From an uncultured Synergistaceae bacterium (GTDB lineage Bacteria; Synergistota; Synergistia; Synergistales; 79-D21), in the NCBI GenBank assembly GCA_964521575.1, contig CAZFSR010000007.1:42086-106085 (forward strand): a stretch of DNA of 64,000 nucleotides. The letters run 5' to 3'. The notes under the pieces are model-generated. The model made no database searches. It worked only from the letters and a program-made list of their open reading frames with translations, and was not told the origin of the DNA. Shown one piece after another: positions 19,326 through 28,313 of the stretch (position 1 is the stretch's first letter; each line of letters opens with the position of its first letter). Position numbers and translations under genes: made by a program.

Positions 19326-20161
19326 GGGTCATTCGTCTTGTCGACGGTTCGAACCAGTATAGCCTCCCTGTTATCTACCTTCACACGGGGAGTGGCGGGG
19401 AGTGCAGGGTCAATGGAAAACCCGCGCAGATCTTTGGTTCAGGCCCCGGTCAAACCGACAACCTGCAAGAAGGGCAGTGGCAGATTGTCTTTTCCTTGGA
19501 CCGCCAGATGGAAGAAGGGGCTTTCATTTCTTTCGGCAACGAAGGGCCTGTGCTGGCGATTGGAAAGCCTGTGGGGAACTCCTTCAGCCTTTTCCCGGTC
19601 AGGGGAGGGTTCCTTTCCCTGTCCCAAAAATCCTGCCTCCTGATGCCTGTCAGGGTAGGGGTCCTGACGGTCAGCGACAAGGGCAGCCGAGGGGAAAGGA
19701 AAGACACGGCGGGACCGGCGCTGGAGGAGCTGGTGGTTCCTCTGGGGGCCACGGTTGCCAAACGGGCCATCGTTCCGGACGATCGTCCCCTGATTGCGGG
19801 GACAATCAAGGAATGGGCGGACGGGGAGCAGCTTCACCTGATCCTCGTCACCGGCGGGACGGGGCTTTCCGTGCGGGATGTGACCCCTGAAGCCCTGCTG
19901 GATGTTGGGGACAGGGTCGTTCCTGGGCTCGGCGAAGCCATGCGGAGGAAAACCGAGCCGTTGCTCGACCGTTCAATCCTTAGCCGGGGACTTGCGGTGA
20001 CGAGAGGCCGCTGCCTTGTCATCGCTTTCCCGGGCAGCGAGAGGGGAGCCCAGCAATGCTACGAATCGATCGGTGGAGTCCTCCGGCATGCGCTCGATAT
20101 CCTGAACGGATGGGAAGGGGAATGTTCATCGCATGGGGGGAACAGCCATCACCACGGCTAG
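19322..20161 (+). CDS. MoaB/MogA-type molybdenum cofactor biosynthesis protein with an unassigned ~107-aa N-terminal domain
   Basis: The C-terminal ~170 aa is a MoCF-biosynthesis domain (VGVLTVSDKGSRGERKDTAGPAL, LILVTGGTGLSVRDVTPEA, PGSERGA). The N-terminal 107 aa match nothing I recognise firmly. ATGA overlap with the moaC stop. Confidence 0.8.
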   Translation: MRVIRLVDGSNQYSLPVIYLHTGSGGECRVNGKPAQIFGSGPGQTDNLQEGQWQIVFSLDRQMEEGAFISFGNEGPVLAIGKPVGNSFSLFPVRGGFLSLSQKSCLLMPVRVGVLTVSDKGSRGERKDTAGPALEELVVPLGATVAKRAIVPDDRPLIAGTIKEWADGEQLHLILVTGGTGLSVRDVTPEALLDVGDRVVPGLGEAMRRKTEPLLDRSILSRGLAVTRGRCLVIAFPGSERGAQQCYESIGGVLRHALDILNGWEGECSSHGGNSHHHG

Positions 20162-20171
20162 GAGGGCGGAC

Positions 20172-21065
20172 ATGCCGGAAACGTTGAACTCTGGAGTGGA
20201 CAAGATCGTCATCATCACGGGCATGTCCGGAGGAGGGAAGTCCACGGCCCTGCACATCCTCGAGGACCAGGGCTTTTTTGCCATCGACAACATTCCCCCA
20301 TCGCTCCTCCCCCAACTGGTGGAGGTTCTCGGAAGGCACCGCGCAGCCGTCCTGCATGGGGTGGTTGCCGTGGTCGACATCCGGGGCGACGACCTCCTGA
20401 GGGACCTCGAGGCTGTTATGGATATCCTTAAACGACGGTTGGCGAGCGTCACTCTTCTGTTCATGGATGCTTCCGATGCGGCTTTGATCCGGCGCTTCGA
20501 AAGCACCAGAAGGCGTCATCCGCTTGGGCCTGACCTTTCCACGCAGGAAGGAATCCAAAGGGAAAGGGAAAGCCTGGCACCGCTAAAGGAAGCCGCCGAT
20601 GTCGTCTTGGACACTACGGGTCTTAACCTTTCCGAGTTGCGTGGCCGGATCCTCGAAAGCCTGGGAACTCCGCCGGGGCAGCTTACCCTCTTCCTGACTT
20701 CCTTCGGGTACAAGCATGGCATTCCCCAGGACTGCGATTACCTCGTCGATGTCCGTTTCCTCGTCAATCCCTATTACGAGCCCAACCTGCGAGGAATGAG
20801 CGGCAGGGATCCGGAGGTGGTCGATTTTATCTTCAAGGCTTCCCCGGCTGCGAAGGAGTTCCTGAAAAGGCAGGAGGAACTCTTCGAATTCCTGCTCCCG
20901 CTTTATGAAGTGACGGGAAAGACGCAGATCCATATCGCCGTGGGATGTACAGGAGGCAGGCACCGGTCTGTTGCCGTCGCGGAGTGGTTTGCCTGCAGGC
21001 TGGGCCAATCGGGGCATTCTTGTGTCGTGAGGCATCGCGACATCGACAAGGAGCAGGTATGGTAA
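20172..21065 (+). CDS. rapZ: RNase adapter / nucleotide-binding protein RapZ (YvcJ)
   Basis: P-loop ITGMSGGGKSTALHILEDQGFFAIDNIPP and C-terminal GCTGGRHRSV. Start at ATG 20172. Confidence 0.92.
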   Translation: MPETLNSGVDKIVIITGMSGGGKSTALHILEDQGFFAIDNIPPSLLPQLVEVLGRHRAAVLHGVVAVVDIRGDDLLRDLEAVMDILKRRLASVTLLFMDASDAALIRRFESTRRRHPLGPDLSTQEGIQRERESLAPLKEAADVVLDTTGLNLSELRGRILESLGTPPGQLTLFLTSFGYKHGIPQDCDYLVDVRFLVNPYYEPNLRGMSGRDPEVVDFIFKASPAAKEFLKRQEELFEFLLPLYEVTGKTQIHIAVGCTGGRHRSVAVAEWFACRLGQSGHSCVVRHRDIDKEQVW

Positions 21066-22174
21066 CGATGGAATGGATCGTGCCCTTCGCGATAGGCCTT
21101 TTTCTGGGCGGAGTCGCGGTGATGGTCTGGATGGAGCGTGTCGTGCGCAAGCGCCGTGGTCTCGCTGAGATCATGACCAGCGCGATCGGTTTCCGCCTGG
21201 CTGCCGGACCGCGAATTGTCGCTCTCGGAGGCGGCACGGGATTGTCGACTCTCCTTAGAGGCCTGAAGGGGTATACCCGGAACATCACGGCGATCGTGAC
21301 GGTAACGGACGAAGGCGGAAGCTCAGGGCGCCTCAGGACGGAATGGGGGGTTCTTCCTCCCGGAGATGTCCGGAACTGCATCGTTGCGCTTGCCGAGAAC
21401 GACAGCGCTTTGAACCGTATCCTCAATTTCCGCTTTGACAAAGGCGAATTGGCAGGTCACAGCCTGGGGAACCTTGTGCTCTTGGCGGTCACGGAGCTCG
21501 CGGGGGACTTCCGCCTGGCGGTTGAAGAGATGAACAAGCTCCTGGCGATCCGCGGAAGAGTGCTTCCCGTTACGACCGAAGCGGTGACGATTGCCGGAAC
21601 CGACTCAAAGGGAAACCGTTATCGGGGCGAACTGGAAGTGGCCCGTCACGGGCGCGAGCTTAAGGAAGTCAGCATTGAGCCGCCGGATGCCAAGCCGCTT
21701 AGCGAGGTTGTCGAAGCCATTAGGGAGGCTGAAGCGATTGTACTGGGGCCAGGCAGCCTTTTCACAAGCATCCTGCCGAACCTCCTTGTCCAGGGCGTCG
21801 CGGAGGCGATACGCCAGGCCGATGCTCCAAGGATTTACGTGGCGAACGTGATGACCCAGCCGGGAGAAACGGACGGTTTTTCGGTTTATGACCATGTTCG
21901 TTGGATCAAGGAGGTCCTCGGTCAATACCCCGATATCGTCCTGGTCAATGAAACGGAAGTGCCGGCCGAAATCCTGGCCCGGTATCGTGAAACAGGTTCT
22001 GAACCGGTTCTGATGAATTCCAGGGAGGAAACCCGCCTGGCAAGAGCAAGGGTCCAGGTGATTCGAGGCGACTTCCTGGAAATCACCTCCGGGGGGCTTG
22101 TCCGGCATCAGACGCAGCGGGTGTCGGAAGCGATCATGAAAGTCGCCCGGGAGACGAAAGAGTTGGGAAAATGA
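21059..22174 (+). CDS. yvcK: gluconeogenesis factor YvcK (CofD-like family) with N-terminal TM helix
   Basis: IVALGGGTGLSTLLRGLK, TVTDEGGSSGRLR and GPGSLFTSILPNLL. Preceded by a hydrophobic segment (WIVPFAIGLFLGGVAVMVWM). Start is ATG 21059 or 21068. Confidence 0.9.
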   Translation: MVTMEWIVPFAIGLFLGGVAVMVWMERVVRKRRGLAEIMTSAIGFRLAAGPRIVALGGGTGLSTLLRGLKGYTRNITAIVTVTDEGGSSGRLRTEWGVLPPGDVRNCIVALAENDSALNRILNFRFDKGELAGHSLGNLVLLAVTELAGDFRLAVEEMNKLLAIRGRVLPVTTEAVTIAGTDSKGNRYRGELEVARHGRELKEVSIEPPDAKPLSEVVEAIREAEAIVLGPGSLFTSILPNLLVQGVAEAIRQADAPRIYVANVMTQPGETDGFSVYDHVRWIKEVLGQYPDIVLVNETEVPAEILARYRETGSEPVLMNSREETRLARARVQVIRGDFLEITSGGLVRHQTQRVSEAIMKVARETKELGK

Positions 22175-23094
22175 GGCAGATTGCCGAGGATCTCTGGGAC
22201 GAATGGCTGAATGCTCCCTTTGGCAGTGCCCAAGAGACGGATTCCGAAGCGGCGGCTCTTTTCCTGTCGATGAAGGAGAAGAGGGAAAATTCGGGTTGGT
22301 CTCTTTCTTCGAAACGGCTGTTTGTGTTCAGGCGCCTTCATCGCCTCTGGAATGCCGGTAGCTGGAGGGAGTTCGGCGACCTTGGCTCGTTACTGAAATT
22401 GCCTCCGGACCTGAAGGGACATCCTGGAATTCATATTCCCCAGCTCATGATCGACAAGGCCATCGAGATCAGAAAGGGCATTCACGAAGAAAATCCACGC
22501 TCGCGCTGGGCTTGGCTGAGGGGAATATGGGGAGGGCTCGGTTCTCTTTATCTCCCGCAGACCGGATATTACCTGGTTTTCCGCATAGAGGAAAGAAAAC
22601 GAATGCTCGGGGAAAAAACCGCCCATCTGCTGAAACAGGCGGGAATTCGGTTTTCACAGCGCTGTCGTTCCGGACATTCGGATGTCCTCATCCGCGACCA
22701 GGCGGAGATTGTCTCTTTCCTGACCGGTCTCGGCCTTTTTCGGACCGGTCTTCTTCTGGAAGAGAGATCGCTGCTGCGATCGATGAGAAACAGGGCCAAC
22801 AAGCTGGTCAATTGCGATTCGGCAAACATCCGCAAGAGCCTGGATGCCGCGGAGAGGCAGATGGAGTTGGCCGAACGCGTTCGTTCATCCGGGCTCCTGG
22901 ACCGACTGACGCCTTCCTACCGGGAGCTCGTGCGGATGAGACTCGAAAACCCCAGCATCTCACTAAGGGAACTGGGGCAACTCCTTTCCAGACCGGTGAC
23001 GAAAAGTACAGTAGAATATAGGTGGAGCCGATTGGGGAGACTCGTGGAAAACGCCATGAAGGGGGATGGTTGCCATGTACCTTGGGAAAGTTGA
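22171..23094 (+). CDS. whiA: DNA-binding protein WhiA
   Basis: 307-aa ORF in the conserved rapZ-yvcK-whiA order. Has a C-terminal HTH-like region (ISLRELGQLLSRPVTKSTVEYRWSRL). ATGA overlap with the yvcK stop. Confidence 0.85.
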   Translation: MRQIAEDLWDEWLNAPFGSAQETDSEAAALFLSMKEKRENSGWSLSSKRLFVFRRLHRLWNAGSWREFGDLGSLLKLPPDLKGHPGIHIPQLMIDKAIEIRKGIHEENPRSRWAWLRGIWGGLGSLYLPQTGYYLVFRIEERKRMLGEKTAHLLKQAGIRFSQRCRSGHSDVLIRDQAEIVSFLTGLGLFRTGLLLEERSLLRSMRNRANKLVNCDSANIRKSLDAAERQMELAERVRSSGLLDRLTPSYRELVRMRLENPSISLRELGQLLSRPVTKSTVEYRWSRLGRLVENAMKGDGCHVPWES

Positions 23095-25039
23095 TGTCAA
23101 CACCTACGAAAAGGGGGCCGGGCGCGAATACCTCGTCTCTAACGGCCGCGGGAGCTACGGCTTCTCGACGGTTGCGGGGGCGAATACGAGGAGGGAACAC
23201 GGTCTCCTCGTTGTCCGGCCCCAGGATTGTGCCCAGCACCGCGTCCTTGTGGGTAAACTGGAGGAAACCCTCTTCACCCGCGGAAAGAAATACCAACTTT
23301 CGACGAACCGTTACAAGGATGTCATTTACCCCGATGGCTACCGCTACATCCAGGAGTTCCATTCCAACCCCCTGCCGAGCATCCTGTTCGTCGTGCACAG
23401 CCTGCTCATGAGGAAGACGGTGTTCATGCCCGAAGGCCTTGATGCCTGCATCATCAAGTACGAGCTTTTGGCCAGCCCGGACCGAATCCAGCTTGAAACG
23501 AGACCGCTGTTCGCCCACCGACTTTACACCGATGTCAGGCCGAAATCCGCCGAAGACGCTTTCCATGCCGATTCCGTCACCAACGGGATCTTGGTGAACG
23601 GCCGCGGGATGAGCAGTTTCCTTTCCTTCCCAAAGGGTGAATGGCACCCGAAAGCTTTATGGCATGAGCACGTCCTTTATGAGAACGATGAGGTTTCGGG
23701 GCAGTCGACGGAAGACCTTTGGTCGCCCGGAACCCTTTCCATTGAGATGGCGGAAGGAGAAACCGCTTATGTGGTTCTTTCCGCCGAATCTTTCCACCCT
23801 TCCGTCGAACAGATCGAAGAGTTTGAGAAAGCGGCCATCGCAAGCCAGCAAAGCCGATTCGGCAAGATCGAGCCCGCAGGACAATCGTCTGCAATCCGGG
23901 ACCTCACGCGGACGGCCCTGCACCTGTTCGCGTCAGGAACCGACCATGGAACGACGCTGTTCTCGGGTTATCCCTCGCTTTCGGAACGTGCGAGGGACAC
24001 TTTCATCGCCCTTCCGGGGCTAACCCTGTCCATGGGGCGCTACCGGGATGCCACGGAAGTCCTCGATCGCTGGCTCAACATGGCCCGACTGAATGACGCG
24101 GTCATGCCGAGCGAGATCGACCCCTCCACCGGGCATGCCCTCCTGAAGGCTGCGGATGCGGGTCTATGGTTCGTCTATGCGCTGGACAAGCTGACGGACC
24201 GAACCGGGTCCCTGGAATTCGTCGAAAAGAACTGGGAGACGCTGGTCGAGCTGGTCTCCCGTTACGAGTCGGGAATCCGCTCCCTAGACCTGCGTTGCGA
24301 AGACGATCTTCTCGTTCTAGAGACATCGGAACCGGAACGCCACTGGATGGAGGGGACCACAGAAGGCAGCCCGGTGGTGAACCGCCAGGGGAAGCTCGTG
24401 GAATTCAACGCCCTCTGGTACAACGCCTTGAGGGCGATGGAGCGTTTTGCCGAAGGGCTCGGACTCTCTGAGGAATCGGGGAGGTATGGACAAAAGGCCG
24501 ACCGGGTGAGGGAAGCCTTTGTCAGGACCTTCTGGAACCCTGAAGGGGGGTTCCTCCATGATTTCGTTGACGGGGCCAGGAAAGACGATGTCATCCGGCC
24601 CAACCAGATTCTTGCGGTCTCCCTTCCCAGTTCCCCGCTACCTCCGGAGGTCGGGCGGTCGGTTGTGGAGGTTTGCTGGAATGAACTCGTGACGACCTAC
24701 GGTCTCCGGACGCTGGATCCGCACCATGACAAATACAAGGGCCGGTTTGAAGGTAGACCGGACCAGAAGGCGAAAGCCCGTTACAGGGGAATGGCCTGGC
24801 CTTGGCTGCTGGGGCAATTCGTTACGGCCTACATGCGCTATAACCCGAAGAGAAGCGACATCGCCTGGTGCTTTATTCGGCCCTTCACGGCCCACCTGAG
24901 GCAAGGGTGCCTGGGAGGGATCGCCGAAGTGTTCGACGGCAGCATGCCTTATCATCCGCACGGCGATGTCCTGAGCGCTGCGAGCATGGGGGAAATCCTG
25001 AGGGTCATGGAAGAAGACCTTCTGCTGCAGCAGAGGTGA
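23066..25039 (+). CDS. glycogen debranching enzyme, amylo-alpha-1,6-glucosidase family (archaeal-type GDE)
   Basis: N-terminal SNGRGSYGFSTVAGANTRREHGLLV and C-terminal (alpha/alpha)6-type region (ADAGLWFVYAL, NALWYNAL, RPNQILAVSL, GLRTLDP, MAWPWLLGQF). Start is ATG 23066 or 23075, overlapping the whiA end. Confidence 0.85.
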   Translation: MVAMYLGKVDVNTYEKGAGREYLVSNGRGSYGFSTVAGANTRREHGLLVVRPQDCAQHRVLVGKLEETLFTRGKKYQLSTNRYKDVIYPDGYRYIQEFHSNPLPSILFVVHSLLMRKTVFMPEGLDACIIKYELLASPDRIQLETRPLFAHRLYTDVRPKSAEDAFHADSVTNGILVNGRGMSSFLSFPKGEWHPKALWHEHVLYENDEVSGQSTEDLWSPGTLSIEMAEGETAYVVLSAESFHPSVEQIEEFEKAAIASQQSRFGKIEPAGQSSAIRDLTRTALHLFASGTDHGTTLFSGYPSLSERARDTFIALPGLTLSMGRYRDATEVLDRWLNMARLNDAVMPSEIDPSTGHALLKAADAGLWFVYALDKLTDRTGSLEFVEKNWETLVELVSRYESGIRSLDLRCEDDLLVLETSEPERHWMEGTTEGSPVVNRQGKLVEFNALWYNALRAMERFAEGLGLSEESGRYGQKADRVREAFVRTFWNPEGGFLHDFVDGARKDDVIRPNQILAVSLPSSPLPPEVGRSVVEVCWNELVTTYGLRTLDPHHDKYKGRFEGRPDQKAKARYRGMAWPWLLGQFVTAYMRYNPKRSDIAWCFIRPFTAHLRQGCLGGIAEVFDGSMPYHPHGDVLSAASMGEILRVMEEDLLLQQR

Positions 25040-25065
25040 ACCCTTCCCCGATGGGTGAGGTTTCC

Positions 25066-25094
25066 TTGATTTGCGGGGAAGAGTGGATTAAAAT
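25066..25094 (+). promoter_or_regulatory. sigma70-like promoter candidate upstream of gap (TTGATT-17 nt-TAAAAT)
   Basis: TTGATT at 25066-25071, a 17-nt spacer, and TAAAAT at 25089-25094, in the 153-nt gap before gap. Sequence match only. Confidence 0.5.
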
Positions 25095-25116
25095 TTGATA
25101 GGATGATATGGTTGAA

Positions 25117-25146
25117 GAAGGGTATGGCTGAGGCTATACCCTTTTT
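25117..25146 (+). terminator. terminator-like stem-loop plus T-run in the gap leader (GDE terminator or attenuator)
   Basis: GGGTATGGC (25120-25128) pairs with GCTATACCC (25133-25141), 9 bp including one G-U, with a 4-nt loop. Followed by TTTTT 25142-25146 and preceded by an A-rich flank. Confidence 0.5.
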
Positions 25147-25192
25147 CGTGGAGTGATGTCCGAGCCGCAAAAAGGAAGGGGAGGAATGCCAC

Positions 25193-26212
25193 ATGGCAAG
25201 GATCAAACTGGGAATCAGCGGTTTTGGAAGGATCGGGCGCTTGACCCTAAGGGCACTGTTCCAGCACGATCATGCAGGATTGGTTGAAATCGCGGCGATC
25301 AACCATAAGCCGGTCCCTATTGACGACCTGGCATACCTTTTCAAGTACGACTCGGTTCATAGGGCCTTCCCGGGAAAGGTAGAAGTCGAAGGAGAAACGA
25401 TCGTGATCGATGGCAAGCCCGTCAGGGTGCTTGCCCAGCCCGATCCCGAGAAGTTGGATTGGAAATCCATGGGAGTCGACATCGTCATCGAAGCGACGGG
25501 GAAGTACCGTGATAAGGCAGGTGCGGGTCTTCATCTGAAGGCCGGAGCAAAGAAGGTCATCATCACGGCCCCCGGGAAAGATGACGATTGCACGATCGTG
25601 ATGGGGGTTAACGAGGACGATTACGACCCGGAAAACCATCATGTCCTGTCTTGTGCTTCCTGCACCACGAACTGCCTTGCCCCGGTCGCGAAAGTCCTGC
25701 AAGAGGAGTTCGGCATCGAGAAAGGGCTCATGACCACGGCGCATGCATACACGAGCGACCAGAGCATCCTGGACCATACGCACAAGGACCGTCGGCGCGG
25801 GCGTTCCGCCGCTTTGTCGATCGTTCCGACAACGACCGGGGCTGCCAAGGCCATCGGAAGGGTCATTCCGGAGCTGAAAGGGAAACTGAACGGGATTGCG
25901 CTACGTGTCCCGACTCCAGATGTCTCCATTGTCGACCTCACTGCGGTTCTCGGGCGTGAAGCTACCGCGGAAGACATCAACGAAGCCATGAAACGCTGGT
26001 CGGAAGGGCCGATGAAAGGGATTCTCTCGATCGTGACCGAAGAGCTGGTGTCGGTCGATTTCACCGGGAACAGCGCATCATCCCTTTTCGATCCCTCCCA
26101 AACCATGGTCGTTGGCAACCTTGCCAAGGTCCTGTCCTGGTACGACAACGAGTGGGGCTACAGTTGCCGGGTTGTCGACCTGGCCAACGCCATAGCCGCG
26201 AGGGGACTGTAG
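25193..26212 (+). CDS. gap: type I glyceraldehyde-3-phosphate dehydrogenase
   Basis: SGFGRIGR NAD-binding motif, active site SCASCTTNCLAP, WYDNEWGYS. GGAAGGGGAGG RBS. Confidence 0.97.
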   Translation: MARIKLGISGFGRIGRLTLRALFQHDHAGLVEIAAINHKPVPIDDLAYLFKYDSVHRAFPGKVEVEGETIVIDGKPVRVLAQPDPEKLDWKSMGVDIVIEATGKYRDKAGAGLHLKAGAKKVIITAPGKDDDCTIVMGVNEDDYDPENHHVLSCASCTTNCLAPVAKVLQEEFGIEKGLMTTAHAYTSDQSILDHTHKDRRRGRSAALSIVPTTTGAAKAIGRVIPELKGKLNGIALRVPTPDVSIVDLTAVLGREATAEDINEAMKRWSEGPMKGILSIVTEELVSVDFTGNSASSLFDPSQTMVVGNLAKVLSWYDNEWGYSCRVVDLANAIAARGL

Positions 26213-26214
26213 GG

Positions 26215-27405
26215 ATGAAACTTAGAGGATTGCCTGAAAAGGGGCTTGAAGGGAAAAGAGTCCTGGTGCGGGTGGATTTCAACGTGCCCCTTCGCGACGG
26301 GGTCGTTGCGGATGACACGAGAATCCTCTCTCACCTCGGCACAATTCGGAAACTAGTCGAAGCCGGGGCCAGAACCACCCTGGTGTCTCACCTGGGACGG
26401 CCCAAGGGGAAGGTATCCCCGGAGTTCTCCCTGAAGCCCGTGGCGTACAGGTTTGCCGAGTTGACGGGCTGGGACGTGGGATTCGTCGAAGAAAGTACAG
26501 GGCCTGTAGTCGCTGAAGCGGTTTCTGCTGCCCGCCCAAGTTCGATTCTCGTCCTGGAGAATATCCGGTTCCACCCCGAGGAGGAAAAAAACGACCCGGC
26601 TTTCGCCCGTTTTCTAGCTGAACCCTTCGATGTTTTCGTCATGGATGCTTTCAGCGCAGCGCACCGTGCCCATGCATCCACTCAAGGGGTCACGGCCGTT
26701 CTGCCTTCCTACGCGGGGGACCTCCTCTGCCGCGAGGTCGAGGTCCTCGGGCAGGTGCGGGACCACCCCCGGCGGCCCTTCCTGCTGATCCTTGGCGGGG
26801 CGAAAGTCTCGGACAAGATCGGTGTGATCGGGCATCTTCTTGAAAAGGTCGATTGCATCCTGGTTGGAGGAGGAATGGCTTTCACCTTCCTAAAAGCCCA
26901 AGGCCGGGAAGTGGGGCACTCCCTGGTCGAGGAAGAGCACCTCGGTTTTGCGGAGAACCTCCTTGCCGAAGCCAACGCAAAGGGCATCCGGATTCTCCTT
27001 CCCGAAGACCTCGTCGTGGCGGAATCACCCGCTTCGGAGGGACCTGTCCAGATTGTGAGCGCCGAAGCTCTCCCTGAGAATCTCATGGGGCTGGATATCG
27101 GTCCTGGGGCGATCTCCGCGTTTTCCCGGGAGATCGGGAAGGCTGCGACAGTTCTTTGGAACGGCCCAATGGGGGTTTTCGAGAAACCGCTATTCGCAGA
27201 CGGGACAAGGGCGATTGCCCAGTCTCTTGCCAGAGCAACGAAGTCTGGTTGCCAAACCGTGGTGGGGGGTGGGGATACCGCGGCGGCCGTGAATGAAATG
27301 GGATTTGCCGACAAGGTCACTCATGTTTCGACCGGGGGCGGAGCCAGCCTCGAATTTTTCGAAGGACTCTCCCTGCCGGGAATCCAGCCCTTCGTACTGG
27401 ATTGA
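26215..27405 (+). CDS. pgk: phosphoglycerate kinase
   Basis: VLVRVDFNVPL, SHLGRPKG and GGGDTAAAV. Start at ATG 26215, 3 nt after the gap stop. Confidence 0.96.
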   Translation: MKLRGLPEKGLEGKRVLVRVDFNVPLRDGVVADDTRILSHLGTIRKLVEAGARTTLVSHLGRPKGKVSPEFSLKPVAYRFAELTGWDVGFVEESTGPVVAEAVSAARPSSILVLENIRFHPEEEKNDPAFARFLAEPFDVFVMDAFSAAHRAHASTQGVTAVLPSYAGDLLCREVEVLGQVRDHPRRPFLLILGGAKVSDKIGVIGHLLEKVDCILVGGGMAFTFLKAQGREVGHSLVEEEHLGFAENLLAEANAKGIRILLPEDLVVAESPASEGPVQIVSAEALPENLMGLDIGPGAISAFSREIGKAATVLWNGPMGVFEKPLFADGTRAIAQSLARATKSGCQTVVGGGDTAAAVNEMGFADKVTHVSTGGGASLEFFEGLSLPGIQPFVLD

Positions 27406-27421
27406 GTCGCCGCGAAAGATC

Positions 27422-28213
27422 ATGAATAGACCGGCTTTGATCGCGGGCAACTGGAAAATGACCCACGGGGTTTCAGCCACGGGAAAATACCTCTGTGAGC
27501 TAGAGGCGGCCATCTCGAAAAATCCTACGGTCAAACAGGCCCTGGGGGAGGGGAGGATCGAAATGGCGCTTTTCCCCCCCTTCACGAGCCTCTGGAGGGC
27601 CTTGGAGGGGAAATCTTTCCTACCGAAGCTCAAAGTGGGGGGGCAGAATGCCCATTGGGCATCCGAAGGGGCGTTCACAGGCGAGGTTTCCGCACCGATG
27701 CTGAAAGAAGCCGGATGCGATTATGTCATTATAGGACATAGTGAGCGCCGGCAGTTCTTCGGGGAGTCTGACGAACAAGTCCACCAGAAGGTCCTGGCCG
27801 CGGTTGCCTCGGGATTGCAGGTGGTTCTCTGCGTTGGAGAAACTCTGCAGGAAAGGGATTCCGGGGCCACGATGGCCGTGATAGAGCGTCAGCTCATGAA
27901 GGCCCTGGTCGGCCTTTCGCCGGATGATGTTGGAAATACCATAGCCGTGGCATACGAGCCCGTTTGGGCAATCGGCACCGGGCGCACGGCGCAGGGCAAG
28001 GAAGCCCAGGAAGTGTGCCAGGCTATCAGGCGTCTTGTGGCAGAGCGTTTCGGCGACGAAGCGGCCATGTCGCTGCGGGTTTTGTACGGAGGCAGCGTCA
28101 AGCCCGAAAACGCAGCCGGCTTGTTGAGCGAGCCGGATATCGATGGCGCCCTGGTGGGCGGCGCCTCCCTGAGGGTGGATACTTTCCTTCAGATCCTGTC
28201 GGCGGCGCTTTAA
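27422..28213 (+). CDS. tpiA: triose-phosphate isomerase
   Basis: IAGNWKM, IIGHSERR, AYEPVWAIGTG and GGASL. Start at ATG 27422. Confidence 0.96.
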   Translation: MNRPALIAGNWKMTHGVSATGKYLCELEAAISKNPTVKQALGEGRIEMALFPPFTSLWRALEGKSFLPKLKVGGQNAHWASEGAFTGEVSAPMLKEAGCDYVIIGHSERRQFFGESDEQVHQKVLAAVASGLQVVLCVGETLQERDSGATMAVIERQLMKALVGLSPDDVGNTIAVAYEPVWAIGTGRTAQGKEAQEVCQAIRRLVAERFGDEAAMSLRVLYGGSVKPENAAGLLSEPDIDGALVGGASLRVDTFLQILSAAL

Positions 28214-28248
28214 AACAGGACGCACGAAAAGACGCGGAAAGGTAAATT

Positions 28249-28296
28249 AACAAGAAAGGCTCTTCCCCCGAATTCGGGGGAAGAGCCTTTCTTGTT
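28249..28296. terminator. 48-nt perfect palindrome (22-bp stem, AATT loop), bidirectional terminator candidate between convergent tpiA and rsfS
   Basis: AACAAGAAAGGCTCTTCCCCCG (28249-28270), AATT, CGGGGGAAGAGCCTTTCTTGTT (28275-28296). The arms are exact reverse complements. Located 36 nt after the tpiA stop. Confidence 0.75.
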
Positions 28297-28313
28297 GGGG
28301 TTTCTCCTGTAAA

